From contig OZ024740.1 of assembly GCA_964016885.1 (NCBI GenBank), positions 260,090,001 to 260,154,000 of the forward strand: 64,000 bases of DNA. The letters run 5' to 3'. Of the stretch, positions 13,406-27,252 are shown piece after piece; within the stretch, counting starts at the first letter, position 1; every line of letters starts with the position of its first letter. The position numbers were made by a program, and so were the translations under genes. This DNA comes from Eledone cirrhosa. Its lineage: Eukaryota. Below the pieces are notes generated by a model, which worked only from the letters and a program-made list of their open reading frames with translations, made no database searches and was not told the origin of the DNA.

Positions 13406-13992
13406 GAAGGCATCTGGAATGGTGGGACACACTATGGTCACCCGGATAGTAAACCAAGTTATACAGAATGGGGTCATAGCAAAAGACTGGCGTAGCAGCA
13501 TCATCATTAACTGGTACAAGGGTAAAGGAGATGCTCTAGATAGAGGAAACTATAGAGGCATTAAGTTAATCGGCCAGGTCATGAAGGTCACAGAAATAGT
13601 TATAGCGCAACTAATCAGAGAGCGAATTGATCTAGATGAAATGCAGTTTGGGTGTGTGTCAGGTAAAAGTACCACAGACGCTCTTTTCCTTGTACGACAA
13701 CTACAAGAGAAGTACCTAGCTAAAAGTAAACCCCTCTACTTAGCTTTTGTAGATCTGGGAAAAGGCTTTGACAGAGTCCCCCGCTCCATTATCTGGTGGG
13801 CTCTTAGAAAACTAGGTGTAGATGAATGGCTTGTGAGAGCTATACAAGCTATGTATAATGAAACAGTCAGTAAGGTTAGAATTAACAATGAATATTGTGA
13901 AGAATTTAGTGTAAAAGTTGGTGTTCATCAGGGTCTGTCCTTAACCCCCTACTATTTATTATTTCCCTTCAGGCTATAACAGAGGAGTTCAA
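13403..13992 (+). pseudogene. RTE family A internal RT fragment
   Basis: [38 protein letters not shown]. Confidence 0.92.
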
Positions 13993-16070
13993 GGCCTACA
14001 GACTGTCCTACTTCCTCTCCCTGATCATACGCCCCATCATTGAAATGTCCCCAGATGTATGTGACAGCACGGAGGACCTCCTCAGCAGAATCGGTGAGAG
14101 TAACCGATCTAGGGACCTAACAAACTGCATAATAGGTAGTATGGATGTTGTGTCCCTGTATCCATCTATTGACGTGAATTTTGCTGTGGAGAAATGCGTA
14201 GAAATGATCAGTGAGAGCAATGTTGAGTTCCGTGGGAGTGATACCAGTGAGCTGGGACTCCTACTTAAACTTACCTATAGTAATAATTACCTAGACACAT
14301 ATGACCTTAGCAACCTGTGCCCTACAAGACCAGCAAGAGGCAGACCACCTACCATTACCTCAATGGCCAAGAAAACCCACACAAATAGATGGAACGGGTG
14401 GACAAGGGCCATCCGGACACCCGAAAACCACGATGAACTGAAGAAAATGATTGCACATGCGGTAGGGGCCAGCATAAAACTAACACTTAAGGAACATATG
14501 TTCAAATTTAATGGATAAACATATGCCCAAGAGGAAGGAGCAGCCATTGGTGTTAGCATTGCAGGCGACATAGCTAACTTATTTATGGTATGGTGGGACA
14601 GTAGACTTAAACTTAAAGAACAATTAGAAGACACCTTAACCCTGATAATGTACACCCGCTACGTTGATGATATAAACATCGTAGTTAAGACACCCCCACT
14701 AGAGAACAGTCAGGAACTAGAGAAAAACACAATGGAAAGCATCCAGCAAATAGCTAACTCCATCCACCAGAGTATTAAAGTTACTATAGACTACCCAAGT
14801 AAACACCCTAACCATCGATTACCTGTACTAGACACAGAGCTCTGGTTAGATACCATTAATAACAAAAAACAAATCCTCCATTCCCATTATGCCAAACCCA
14901 TGACTTCCAAATATCTGATCCACCGAAACTCAGCTGTTTCGGACCATACCAAAATCAACATACTGATTGCGGATTTAGTACGGGTGATGAGAAACGTGTC
15001 CCGCATGTGCAACCCCGAAGAACTAGAGAGACACATACAACACTTCATCCACCGTATGCAGTTCTCTGGCTACAATCAGAGAGATAAAATCAGAGTGTAT
15101 AGAGGAACCAGAACCAAATGGGAAAAAATGGTAAATAATGACATAAATGGGACCTGCCCCTTGTATAGGAGCAAATTTTGGAATAGAATAGAAAGAACTA
15201 GGAACAAGGCTAATAGAATAAACTCATGGTATGATAGCAATAAATACCAGAGTGTAATGTTCATCGATACAACCCCTAGAGGTGAATTAGCTTACAAATT
15301 TAGAAGGGCCCTAGATAAACATAAACTCAATATTAAGATAGTAGAAAGACCAGGTACCTCCGTAAAAACACTTATTAGCAAGACATACCCTTTTCAAAGA
15401 CCCTCATGTATAGATAAGAAATGTATAACCTGTAAAATAAGCCCCCATATTAAATGTAAAACTAGAAATGTAGTGTATAGCATAAGATGTACTGAAGGAC
15501 AATGTAGAGACAAAAATATAGTGTACATAGGTGAGACAGCTCGTAGTGTAGGGGAACGCTGGAGAGACCTTCAAGATAGTAAAGAATCATCTGTACTCTA
15601 CCAACATGCTAAAATAGAACATAAGGGTAAATTAGAGAACATAGAAATAAAAATAGAATCTACACACAGAAAAGACGCAATGTTTAGACAAATCACAGAG
15701 GCAATAAACATAAAAGAATTACAACCAAAATTAAATAGAAAACATGAGTGGAACAGCAACATCACAACTTACAATTAAAGACAAAATGAAAACACACACG
15801 CACATAGAACAAACAACCAACCTGTAACATGTAAATAAACAAATAAATAAACGAATATAAACACACACAGACACCCGGATGTGGCGCATGCGCAAACTGA
15901 GCACACAACACACACACAGAAACAAGATGGCGTAGGACAGAACAAAGGAGAAGCACAAAAACAAAGAAAAGAATCCCCAGTCACTGAAGAGGTCACAGAA
16001 TGTGTGACGAAAGAACTTTGACAATATATAAACAACCATCTGGTTGTGGAACCAACCAACCGGAAATTTA
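13993..16070 (+). mobile_element. Penelope-like element, 5'-truncated: RT + Cys-rich linker + GIY-YIG, with 3' pseudo-LTR
   Basis: SMDVVSLYPSI, GAAIG, RYVDD, LPVLD, CIDKKCITC...NVVY...YIGETAR. One in-frame TAA at 14516-14518. Confidence 0.9.
15980..16022 (+). ncRNA. Minimal hammerhead ribozyme motif
   Basis: GTCA-CTGAAGA-G-GTCACA[GAATG]TGTGAC-GAAA-GAACTT-TGAC. Confidence 0.7.
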
Positions 16071-16079
16071 TAAATTTAT

Positions 16080-19000
16080 TATAATAAATAGGGTTAACCG
16101 CCAATAGTTTCAAGCAGCGTCTTTACATGCATACCCATTCTTTTCGTTACCCTCTAAGAAGGAATATGACGTCACTTTCAGCTTATATCTGGAGTCTAAA
16201 AGACAACCACACCCAATATAAGTTACACTGGGAGATCCTAGCTAGGGCTAGATCGTATAACGGAAATAAAAGACCACGTGACCTCTGCGCCGCTGAGGCC
16301 CTGGAAATACTCTACGCTACAGACCACATCTTAAACAAAAAATCTGAGGCAATTTCGGCTTGTAAACATAAATTGCACAAAACTTTCCTGTATTACAGCC
16401 CCACGTTATACCCTAACGGATAGCACCTGGATATTTTACGTCTTGATGTGGGAGCTAAGTATATGTTTTGTTTATTCCTTTACTTATTTGCATAGGTAAG
16501 TATATATTACCCGTATGTTTTGTGAAGGTATGTATACCTTCTCGTACGTATATTTGACTGTTATAGCGTATAATTTTTACATATTTTGGTATTTAGGGTT
16601 TGGCTATGTGTATACGGGAGTTTTGAGTCTGCGTGAGTGTGCAGGTTCGTACGTATGGTGGGTGTGTGTATATGTGTACTTCTTGTTTTAGTTGACTTAC
16701 GTCTCCGAACATTCATGTATTTATATGTAGGTATGCGTGTACGCTTGTTATATACGTATTTATTTACTTATATACGTTTATATAATTATTTATTTATTTG
16801 TACACAAGCATACACACACACACATATTTATATGTGCGTGGTTTTGTATACCCATGGTAAGGTTTTGCGTATGCTTGTGTATGTATGTATCTGTTTGCGT
16901 GTATGTATTTATTTGTTTCTATTACTTCTGTATTGTATTTATTTACTTTGTTCTTAACTCTGTAGAGGAGATTCATTTGGTCTCCTAGTTAGAATTTTAG
17001 TCTACGATTTCTGCTATACCATTTACGTGGTTTTGTCTTTGCGTGCTATTGTTCTCCACGCTCCACATATGACTTATTATCTTCGTTTTTTCGTTCATTG
17101 CCAGAGAACGTCTCTATGCACCACCTAAGAGAACATTAGTCTACGACCTTTTTTATACCATAAACGTGGTTCTGTCTTTGCGCGTAATTGTTTTTCACCG
17201 CTCCTATTATTGACGTATTATTCGTTTTTTCCCGTTCTTTGCCAGCGAACGTTACCACGAACCAAAGTATCGTCTTCCTGTCTTCCTCCGGTTGCAACGT
17301 TTTTTGAAATATCCAGTTCTGCGTTTACAGATTGACTTTGTTAGTTTCAGAAGATCCCGTTAAGGGTGAAAGCAGCGATTATTTGCTTAAACTTTAATCT
17401 GTTATTTTAATAAATATTTGCTCTACGGTTCTTATATATTTGATATATATTTTCCTTATCGAGCCCTCTTTGGATTTTAGTCTTCAATTTTATTATTATT
17501 ACTATTTGGCTCCTTCGGTTGAGCACTCTACTGACTTATATTCATCATGCAGAAACAACATCTGAATATTTCTACAAAGAACATACCCGTACCAAGCAGG
17601 AAAACATACCTAAAACTCCTGATACAGAAAACAGACGCGTTCATTAAAAGGTTGCGTTGGCGTGCCTTTTATTTTGATAATCCGCGAAAAGCAGACAACA
17701 AACAGGATAAATTTGGATTTAAAACTTATAATAACCCTCCGTGGAACCCAGCATTGCTACCCTTCGAAAATGATGTCTTGGAACTCATTCGGAATATCAA
17801 ATTTCGGAATAGGAGCAATTCCTTCCAGCAAGACCTGAAGAATAGAATTCGTTCTATTAAGGATTCTAACGCCGTGCACGTCCATTCCGACAAAACTGGC
17901 AACCTATATCAAGTGGAGCGCAGTACTTACCATCAACTACTACATAATGCTGTAACTAAGGATTACCGTAAAACTAATCGGTGCGTCATCAATGAAATCA
18001 ACGATGCTGGGTTTAAAATCACATCTGATCTCAACATCCTGGACCGGACTGAACCTCTGGACCCTATCTCTCCCCACTTTACCCTGAAGGATCACAAATC
18101 CAATTTTCCGAACAACCCCTCTATTCGGCTTATTAACCCTACGAAGTCCGATTTAGGTAGACTTAGTAAAACGATTCTTGATAGAATTATACCTGAAATT
18201 AGAAGTTTGTCCCCTCTCGCACTGTGGAACAATTCTTTCGCGGTGATTGATTGGTTCAACGGCATATGTAACAAGGAACATTGCCGTTTTATCCAATTCG
18301 ACATCAACAATTACTACTCCTCCATCACTTTACCACTTCTCCTTAGAGCTATCAATTTCACTAAAACACTCACAGTGGTTAAGGATTTTGAAGTTGATGT
18401 CATCCTTAATGCCCGAAAGTCGGTGATTAATTTCGACGACTCTATTTGTATTAAAAAATCCAATAGTACCCCATTCGACGTGAGTATGGGCGCCAGTGAC
18501 TCTGCGGAGGTTACTGATCTTATTGGCCTTTTCCTTCTTTTCTCTATCAAGGACGAATTCCCCAACGCGGGCAGTGGTTTGTACCGTGACGATGGTCTTT
18601 TGACCATGACTAAGTACGGACCTCGTGCTTGCGACAGGTTCAGAAAAGTACTCACAGCCTTCTTTAAAGGCTTCAACCTCTCTATACAGGTTGAGGCCAA
18701 TCTCTCGGTCATTAATTACCTCGACGATACCCTCAATTTATTGAATGGGTTGTATTACCCATATAGAAAGCCGAATGATACGCTTAATTACATAAGTAAG
18801 CATTCCAACCATCCTGCCAGCATAACCAAGAACCTGGTAAGAAACGTTTCGTTGAGGCTTTCCCGTCTTTCCACCAACGAGCGCATTTTCAACGACCATT
18901 CCACTTATTACAATGAAGCTCTTGCTCGAAGTGGATTTGTCGATAAGGTAGCATATACAGAGTACGAAAATAGACCTAGAAGAAATAGATCCCGTCACAT

Positions 19001-19088
19001 TTGTTGGTTTAACCCACCATATAATATGGAGGTGGCCACACCATTAGCTAAGATCTTTCTTTCCCTTATTACGAAGCATTTTCATATA
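16080..19088 (+). mobile_element. Hydra-clade-like PLE in partial tandem arrangement (EN end + 3' UTR, then the next copy's ORF)
   Basis: 16080-16423 encodes IGLTANSFKQRL...TSLSAYIWSLK...LNKKSEAISACKH; ~1.1 kb UTR with a hammerhead; ORF restarts at 17547. Confidence 0.85.
17343..17393 (+). ncRNA. Variant hammerhead motif (CAGAAGA core)
   Basis: AGTTT-CAGAAGA-TCCC[GTTAA]GGGT-GAAA-GCA[GCGATTATT]TGC-TT-AAACT. Confidence 0.6.
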
Positions 19089-19112
19089 TCACGCTGTAAT
19101 GTGGCCATGTAG
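17547..19112 (+). CDS. PLE reverse transcriptase, uninterrupted but cut at ~19088 by an RTE tail (endonuclease lost)
   Basis: IKRLRWRA, SDKT, LKDHK...IRLINP, FIQFDI, MGASDSAEVTDLIG, YRDDGL, SNHP, WFNPPY. Confidence 0.85.
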   Translation: MQKQHLNISTKNIPVPSRKTYLKLLIQKTDAFIKRLRWRAFYFDNPRKADNKQDKFGFKTYNNPPWNPALLPFENDVLELIRNIKFRNRSNSFQQDLKNRIRSIKDSNAVHVHSDKTGNLYQVERSTYHQLLHNAVTKDYRKTNRCVINEINDAGFKITSDLNILDRTEPLDPISPHFTLKDHKSNFPNNPSIRLINPTKSDLGRLSKTILDRIIPEIRSLSPLALWNNSFAVIDWFNGICNKEHCRFIQFDINNYYSSITLPLLLRAINFTKTLTVVKDFEVDVILNARKSVINFDDSICIKKSNSTPFDVSMGASDSAEVTDLIGLFLLFSIKDEFPNAGSGLYRDDGLLTMTKYGPRACDRFRKVLTAFFKGFNLSIQVEANLSVINYLDDTLNLLNGLYYPYRKPNDTLNYISKHSNHPASITKNLVRNVSLRLSRLSTNERIFNDHSTYYNEALARSGFVDKVAYTEYENRPRRNRSRHICWFNPPYNMEVATPLAKIFLSLITKHFHISRCNVAM

Positions 19113-19297
19113 GCAACACGGTAAAAACCTCCCAGCCCCACACTGTAAATGTGGTTGGTGTTAGGAAGGGCATCCAGCTGTAGAAAACCCGCCAGATAGT
19201 CCTATGCGAGCAAGATAATCACTCTTGCCTCAAGTGGGAAAACCCCCGTCCAAACCCATGCAAGCGTGGAACACGGACGTTAAACGTTGATGATGAT
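19089..19297 (+). mobile_element. RTE family A 3' UTR end
   Basis: GGAAGGGCATCCAGCTGTAGAAAA...CACGGACGTTAAACGT(TGA)n. Confidence 0.9.
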
Positions 19298-19584
19298 ATA
19301 TGTATATATATATATGTATATATATATATGTATATATGTATATATATAAATGTATATATATATATATGTATGTATATATATATATATGTATATATATGTA
19401 TGTATATATATATATATGTATATATATATATGTATATATATATATGTATATATATATATGTATATATATATATGTATATATATATATATGTATATATATA
19501 TGTATATATATATATGTATATATATATGTATATATATATATATGTATGTATATATATATATGTATGTATATATATATATGTATG

Positions 19585-19653
<69 letters not shown>

Positions 19654-19676
19654 GTTTATATATATATATGTATATT

Positions 19677-19725
<49 letters not shown>

Positions 19726-19902
19726 GTATATATGTATATATATATATATATATGTGTATATATATATATGTATATATATATGTGTATATATATATATGTA
19801 TATATGTATATATGTATATATATATATATGTATATATGTATATATGTATATATATATATATGTATATATATGTATATATATATATGTATATGTATATATA
19901 TG

Positions 19903-19933
<31 letters not shown>

Positions 19934-19984
19934 GTATGTATGTATATATATGTATATATATATGTATATATATATATATGTATG

Positions 19985-20015
<31 letters not shown>

Positions 20016-20226
20016 GTATGTATATATATATATATATGTATGTATATATATGTATATATATATATATATGTATGTATATATATGTATATATATATATATA
20101 TGTATGTATATATATATATATATATGTATGTATATATATGTATATATATATATATATGTATGTATATATATGTATATATATATATATATGTATGTATATA
20201 TATGTATATATATATATATATGTATG

Positions 20227-20279
<53 letters not shown>

Positions 20280-20510
20280 GTATGTATATATATATGTATA
20301 TATATGTATGTATATATATATGTATATATATATATATATATATGTATGTATATATATATATATGTATGTATATATATATGTATGTATATATATATATATG
20401 TATGTATATATATATGTATGTATATATATATATGTATGTATATATATATATGTATGTATATATATATATGTATGTATATATATATATGTATGTATATATA
20501 TATATGTATG

Positions 20511-20541
<31 letters not shown>

Positions 20542-20546
20542 GTATG

Positions 20547-20581
<35 letters not shown>

Positions 20582-20744
20582 GTATGTATATATATATATG
20601 TATGTATATATATATATATATATATGTATGTATATATATATATATATGTATGTATATATATATATATATATGTATGTATATATATATATATATATATGTA
20701 TGTATATATATATATATGTATGTATATATATATATATATGTATG

Positions 20745-20781
<37 letters not shown>

Positions 20782-21500
20782 GTATGTATATATATATATA
20801 TATGTATGTATATATATATGTATGTATATATATATATATATATATGTATGTATATATATATATATATGTATGTATGTATATATATATATGTATGTATGTA
20901 TATATATATATGTATGTATATATATATATATATGTATGTATATATATATATATGTATGTATATATGTATGTATGTATATATATATATATATATGTATGTA
21001 TATATATATATATATATGTATGTATATATATATGTATATATATATATATATATGTATGTATATATATATATATATATGTATGTATATATATATGTATATA
21101 TATATATATATATGTATGTATATATGTATATATATATAAAAATATGTATGTATATATGTATGTATATATATATGTATATATATATATGTATGTATATATA
21201 TATGTATATATATATATGTATATATATATATGTATGTATATATATATGTATATATATATATGTATATATATATATGTATGTATATATATATGTATATATA
21301 TATATGTATATATATATATGTATGTTTATGTATATATATATGTATGTATATATATATATGTATATATATATGTATATATATATGTATGTATATATATATA
21401 TGTATATATATATGTATGTATATATATATATGTATATATATATGTATATATATATGTATGTATATATATATGTATATATATATGTATGTATATATATATG

Positions 21501-21547
<47 letters not shown>

Positions 21548-21575
21548 GTATGTATATATATATATGTATATATAT
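19298..21575. repeat. 2.3-kb interrupted (TA)n/(TATG) array
   Basis: Direct inspection. Confidence 0.98.
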
Positions 21576-23867
21576 CATCATCATCATCATCATCATCAAC
21601 GTTTAACGTCCGTGTTCCACGCTTGCATGGGTTTGGACGGGGGTAGTCCCACTTGAGGCAAGAGTGATTGTCTTGCTCGTATAGGACTGTCTGGCAGGTT
21701 TTCTACAGTTGGATGCCCTTCCTAACACCAACCACATTTACAGTGTGGGTCTGGGAGGTTTTTACCGTGTTGCCTACACGGCCACATTACAGCGTGGACT
21801 GTGTGTTTTTTTGTCGTGACACCTACACGATCTCATTTGTTTCGGCCTCGATGGCGCGGCACCAACATAACTTTACATAGAACGGGGTGGTGTGGATCGG
21901 GTGGGGGTGGTGGGACGGGGTGTATTTGTTAGAGATGCCTACTGGCTGGAGTAGGTTTTACTATATATTTAGGTAAGGCGGGTCTTCTCTGTTACTGAGT
22001 ACCGCCAAAGGTCTCGGTCCAGTGACATTGTCTTGGAGAGGTGTAAGTGTGTGATGTCGGAGTTTATCAGCTCGTCCCAGGTTTTTCTAGGTCTGCCTAT
22101 TCCGTGACTACCGTCTATCTTTATTGCCCTGCACTTTGTTATACAGCTATCGACTTTCATGCGCATCACGTGTCCATACCAACGTAGCCTTCTCTCGAGT
22201 AAACAACATCTGATCCCTCTTATCTCTAATTTATTCCTTAGTTCGTTTATGCTTTGCCGTTCACGTATATTACTGTTACACATCCAGCGGAGCATGCAAG
22301 CTTCGTTCCTCTCTAGTCTGCGTATATCCTCTGCACACAATGCCCAGGTCTCACTGCCATGCAGCATTGCTGTTCGTATGCAGGCATCGTACAACCTGCC
22401 TTTCATTTTTAGTGAGAACCCTTTAGCAGCTAATAGTGGTATAAGCTCTCTGAACTTTTTCCAACCAGTTCTGACTCTAGCTACAGTACTTTCAGAGCAC
22501 CCTCCCCCACTGCTGATTTTATCGCCCAGGTAACGGAAGCTGTCCACTATTTCTATAGAACCCTCTGCGCAATTGAAAGAGCTAGTAGTTTGTGGGCACT
22601 TGCTGCTACTTATTGCACCAGAGCACCGGCCACATGTAAAATCTATGTTCTTAGTTAGCCTACCTGTGATCCCACTACATCTTTTATGCACCCATACTTT
22701 GCATTTAGGACATAAAATGGAGTTTCTACCTACGCCTTTCCTACACACCGAGCACGACCATTTCCCAGAAGGGACCGCCGCCTTGTTTTCTTTCCTACAA
22801 ACTAGTACTTTGGTCTTAGCCAGGTTAATTTTAAGTCCTTTTGACTCTAGGCCGTGCTTCCATGTTTGGAATTTCTTCTCTAGCTCGGCCATTGATTCCG
22901 CTATGAGTGTCAGGTCGTCTGCGTATAGGAGTTCCCATGGGCAGCCTGTCTTGAACTCCTCTGTTATGGCCTGAAGGGCAATAATAAATAGTAGTGGACT
23001 GAGAACAGAGCCCTGATGGACGCCGACTTTTACGCTAAACTCTTCACTATATTCGTTGTTAATTCTAACCTTGCTGACTGTTTCTTTATACATGGCTTGT
23101 ATAGCCCTCACAAGCCATTCGTCAACGCCTAGTTTTCTAAGAGCCCACCAGATAATGGAGCGGGGGACTCTGTCGAAGGCTTTCTCCAAGTCGACAAAAG
23201 CTAAGTAGAGGGGTTTACCTTTAGCTAGGTACTTCTCTTGTAGTTGTCGTACTATGAAAAGAGCGTCTGTGGTACTTTTTCCTGACACAAACCCGAACTG
23301 CATTTCATCTAGGTCAATTCTCTCTCTGATTAGTTGCGCTATTACTCTTTCCGTGACCTTCATGACCTGGTCGATTAATTTAATGCCTCTATAGTTACTC
23401 CTATCTAGGGCGTCTCCTTTACCCTTATAACAGTTAACGATGATGCTGCTATGCCAGTCCTTCGGAACAACCCCGTTTTGTACGACTTGGTTAACTATGC
23501 GGGTGACCATGGTGTGTCCCACCGTGCCAGATGCCTTCAGCATCTCAGCAACTATTTCCGAAGGCCCAGCCGCCTTACCAGTCTTCATATCCTTGATTGC
23601 CTTACTTATTATACTCCCCTCGACTAACACTGCTGGTCCCTCTATTGGGTCGATATGGGGGAGACTGCCTTTCTCCCAATTATTCTCCTCATTTAGAAGC
23701 CTTTCATAGTGACACTTCCAAGCTACCTTCTTATCAGCGTCGGTGATGGCAAGTGTGCCATCGTCGTTTAGTACACACTTCTCCCCGACAATATCACGGT
23801 TTTCCTTGACGCATTGCCTAGCAATCCTGAACACCTCACGTTTTTGGTCATCGCGTTGTAGAACATG
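21576..23867 (-). mobile_element. RTE family A LINE, 5'-truncated, probably young
   Basis: Open RT frame, ~390-bp 3' UTR, (TGA)n tail; both ends in (TA)n. Confidence 0.95.
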
Positions 23868-23870
23868 CAT
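21969..23870 (-). CDS. RTE reverse transcriptase (lacks APE domain) with an internal PHD-type zinc finger
   Basis: [25 protein letters not shown]-[C4HC3]-[21 protein letters not shown]; no stops over 633 codons. Confidence 0.9.
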   Translation of the reverse strand: MHVLQRDDQKREVFRIARQCVKENRDIVGEKCVLNDDGTLAITDADKKVAWKCHYERLLNEENNWEKGSLPHIDPIEGPAVLVEGSIISKAIKDMKTGKAAGPSEIVAEMLKASGTVGHTMVTRIVNQVVQNGVVPKDWHSSIIVNCYKGKGDALDRSNYRGIKLIDQVMKVTERVIAQLIRERIDLDEMQFGFVSGKSTTDALFIVRQLQEKYLAKGKPLYLAFVDLEKAFDRVPRSIIWWALRKLGVDEWLVRAIQAMYKETVSKVRINNEYSEEFSVKVGVHQGSVLSPLLFIIALQAITEEFKTGCPWELLYADDLTLIAESMAELEKKFQTWKHGLESKGLKINLAKTKVLVCRKENKAAVPSGKWSCSVCRKGVGRNSILCPKCKVWVHKRCSGITGRLTKNIDFTCGRCSGAISSSKCPQTTSSFNCAEGSIEIVDSFRYLGDKISSGGGCSESTVARVRTGWKKFRELIPLLAAKGFSLKMKGRLYDACIRTAMLHGSETWALCAEDIRRLERNEACMLRWMCNSNIRERQSINELRNKLEIRGIRCCLLERRLRWYGHVMRMKVDSCITKCRAIKIDGSHGIGRPRKTWDELINSDITHLHLSKTMSLDRDLWRYSVTEKTRLT

Positions 23871-23891
23871 ATATGTATGTATATATATATG

Positions 23892-23976
<85 letters not shown>

Positions 23977-24080
23977 GTATATATATGTATATATATATAT
24001 GTATATACATATATATGAAAGACGTAAAATAAGAAAATTTTAAAAATTAAAAATTAAATATGTATGTATATATATATATA

Positions 24081-25055
24081 TATATCATAAATCATGTCCT
24101 TAGAACTATTAGATAAAATATGTACCATTTCCTCTCCCAATTAGCATAATTAACCATATAAAAAATCAATTAGACCAAGCTATAAGAAGAAAGGCTCTTA
24201 TGAAGAAATCTCCGACAAATAACCGAAAGTGGCCTCTTCGCGGTGGCCCCATTAGAGTATTTATCCAACATTTCGACAGCATGTAGAAACTGATTAAATA
24301 TACCATCAACCATACACAATTAGGTGTAAAATTAAACTTAGAAGAAATTTGTACATACCGTAATTATATCTCTACCATGGTTCCATCCGTATTTTTAGAC
24401 ATCCAATTAATAGGAATTAATCTTGACTTAGGATTCATCAGGAGACAAACTCAAAATCAGACATTTAGTTTTCCAACGTGATCGTGCCAAAATTAGATTA
24501 AAAAATGGCTAAGAATCGCAATGTGGCAGTGGTCAAGTTAGAAAGAATGTGATTGGTTGCTTACGGCGGGTAGGCTTGTTGCTAGAAAGCGCAGCCAAAT
24601 ATCGCCAAATTGTATCTCAACCTAACGGGAGATTATTAAATATAAAGGTTTACATATACATAAAGTTATAGATATATATGCTGCAACCGGTCACTTTTAG
24701 GCTCTATGAATAATTAATAAATTAAATAATCAGAGCAATATATCATAAATCATGTCCTTAGAATTATTAGATAAAATATATACTATTTCTTCTTCTAATT
24801 AGCATAATTAACCATATAAAAAAATCAATTAAAAAAAAAAAAAAAAATCTAATTGATTTTTTATATGGTTAATTATGCTAATTGGGAGAGGAAATGGTAT
24901 ATATTTTATCTAATAATTCTAAGGATATGATTTATGATATATTGCTCTGATTATTTAATTTATTAATTATTCATAGAGCCTAAAAGTGACCGGTTGCAGC
25001 ATATATATCTATAACTTTATGTATATGTAAACCTTTATATTTAATAATCTCCCGT
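24081..25055. mobile_element. Non-coding element with a terminal direct repeat (period 658) and a ~205-bp inverted duplication (PLE-like architecture)
   Basis: 24081-24172 repeats at 24739-24831; ~24626-24831 is mirrored at ~24850-25055. Confidence 0.7.
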
Positions 25056-25183
25056 ATATATACATATATACATATATATGTATACATACATATACATATA
25101 TACATATAAATACATATACATATATACATATATATGTATACATACATATACATATATACATATATATGTATACATACATATAC

Positions 25184-25220
<37 letters not shown>

Positions 25221-25243
25221 CAAATATATATATGTATGCATAC

Positions 25244-25275
<32 letters not shown>

Positions 25276-25444
25276 AAATATATATATGTATACATACATA
25301 TACATATATATATATATATATATACATATATACATATATATATATATACATATGTATATATATATATATATACATATATACATATATATATATACATATG
25401 TATATATATATATATATACATATATACATATATATATATACATA

Positions 25445-25476
<32 letters not shown>

Positions 25477-25576
25477 CAAATATATATATACATATACATA
25501 TATATATATACATATATATATATGCATATATATATATGTATATATATATGTATATATGTATATGTATATATATATT

Positions 25577-25612
<36 letters not shown>

Positions 25613-25721
25613 CAAATATATATATACAAATATATATATACAAATATATATATACATATACATATATACATATACATACGATATTAAACAAATGGAAACT
25701 ATATTTATAAAACCATATTTA

Positions 25722-25783
25722 TTTCGTTATATATATTTCTGGGATATCATATTAAAAATATGGTATGCCTTCCTCAGACAAAA
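25722..25783 (-). ncRNA. Type I hammerhead motif (slightly decayed)
   Basis: TTTTGT-CTGAGGA-AGGCATACCATATT[TTT]AATATGATATCCCA-GAAA-TATATATA-ACGAAA. Confidence 0.7.
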
Positions 25784-26020
25784 TACAATATATAAGCTGT
25801 TTTATAAATAATTTTGACATACCTTAGAATAATGCAACTTCCATTTAAAAAGTTGATTTGTTTAATATCGTAAACCTACTCCAAAAACTGTTGAGTGCTT
25901 TTATATCAGTTATAAAATATTTACTTGTTGTAACCCAACAATTTTAAATAAAACTTTTGCATACATATACATATATATACATATATATATATACAAATAT
26001 ATATATACATATATATATAC

Positions 26021-26051
<31 letters not shown>

Positions 26052-26052
26052 C

Positions 26053-26085
<33 letters not shown>

Positions 26086-26115
26086 CGTATATATATATAT
26101 GTATATATATATACG

Positions 26116-26148
<33 letters not shown>

Positions 26149-26521
26149 GTATATATATATGTATATATGTATATATATATATGTATATGTATATATATAT
26201 ATGTATATATATATTTATATATATGTATATATATATTTATATATATGTATATATATATATGTATATGTATATATATATATTTGTGTATATATATGTATAT
26301 ATATATATGTATATGTATATATATATTTGTGTATATATATTTGTATATATATATATGTATATATATATATATTTGTATATATATATGTATATATGTATAT
26401 ATGTATATGTATATATATATTTGTATATATGTATATGTATATATATATTTGTATATATGTATATGTATATATATATTTGTATATATGTATATGTATATAT
26501 ATATTTGTATATATATATATG

Positions 26522-26552
<31 letters not shown>

Positions 26553-26644
26553 GTATATATATATGTATATATGTATATGTATGTATACATATATATATAT
26601 GTATATGTATATATGTATATATGTATATGTATATATATATATGT

Positions 26645-27252
26645 GTCAGGTCACCAGTTGGTGCTACTGGTAACATGTATCCCAGTACAACCTGTCTCAT
26701 GGTCGGGTCGTTGGCGACTAAACTGGCAACCCCACCAAGGTTTCTTGGTGAGGAGGGTGGCTTTGGACATCCTGCAGGACTAAAAACAAAACCTGTCAAA
26801 AGGCAAAGGGGCTCTTAACAGTCAATAGCCATCCAAAATCACCGGGAGAGATGACCCCTTAGCCTTTGTCAAGGCAGAATTCTAGGAGAAGGAAAACTCT
26901 GATATAACACCTGCAACCCTGATGGTATCCAATGATGTTGAATTGTTCTTCTTTTTGGTAAATATCATCTTGGTTAAGAGAGTGGGACTGGCTTTGTGCA
27001 GTGCCTTTGCTCACTATAAAAGCTTCACAGCACAGGCATTGCTTTATATCTGGAGATCTCTCTGCACTTGTCGTCACATGGTACCATGGGCCCAGCACTA
27101 TGTGTCAATAATTGTCACAAGTGTAGTGTTTGTACCAGAGTTTTCAAGTCGCTGGCTGGACTAAAAAGTCACACTCGTTCAGCGCATCGGTAGGAGTTCT
27201 CCTACATGGATATAAAGTAGTGGCCGTACTCGAAAACGAGTTGGCAGCCACC
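26645..27252 (+). mobile_element. Non-autonomous bipartite RTE derivative (5' UTR fused to 3' end), copy 1
   Basis: RTE 5'-UTR-like CTAGGAGAAGGAAAACTCTGAT; 3' part encodes [22 protein letters not shown]; second copy at 30411. Confidence 0.75.

Noticed and set aside
14516-14518. Recoded (selenocysteine) stop in a PLE ORF
   Set aside because: The codon is TAA. The TGA at 10971 is not at a Cys position. Both are ordinary decay.
24262-24446. Possible minus-strand hammerhead (CTGATGA ... GAAATGTT)
   Set aside because: Helices I and II do not pair convincingly.
26645-26740. HDV-like ribozyme at the 5' end of the RTE mini-element
   Set aside because: Hairpins are present, but I could not build the nested P1/P1.1/P2/P3 topology.
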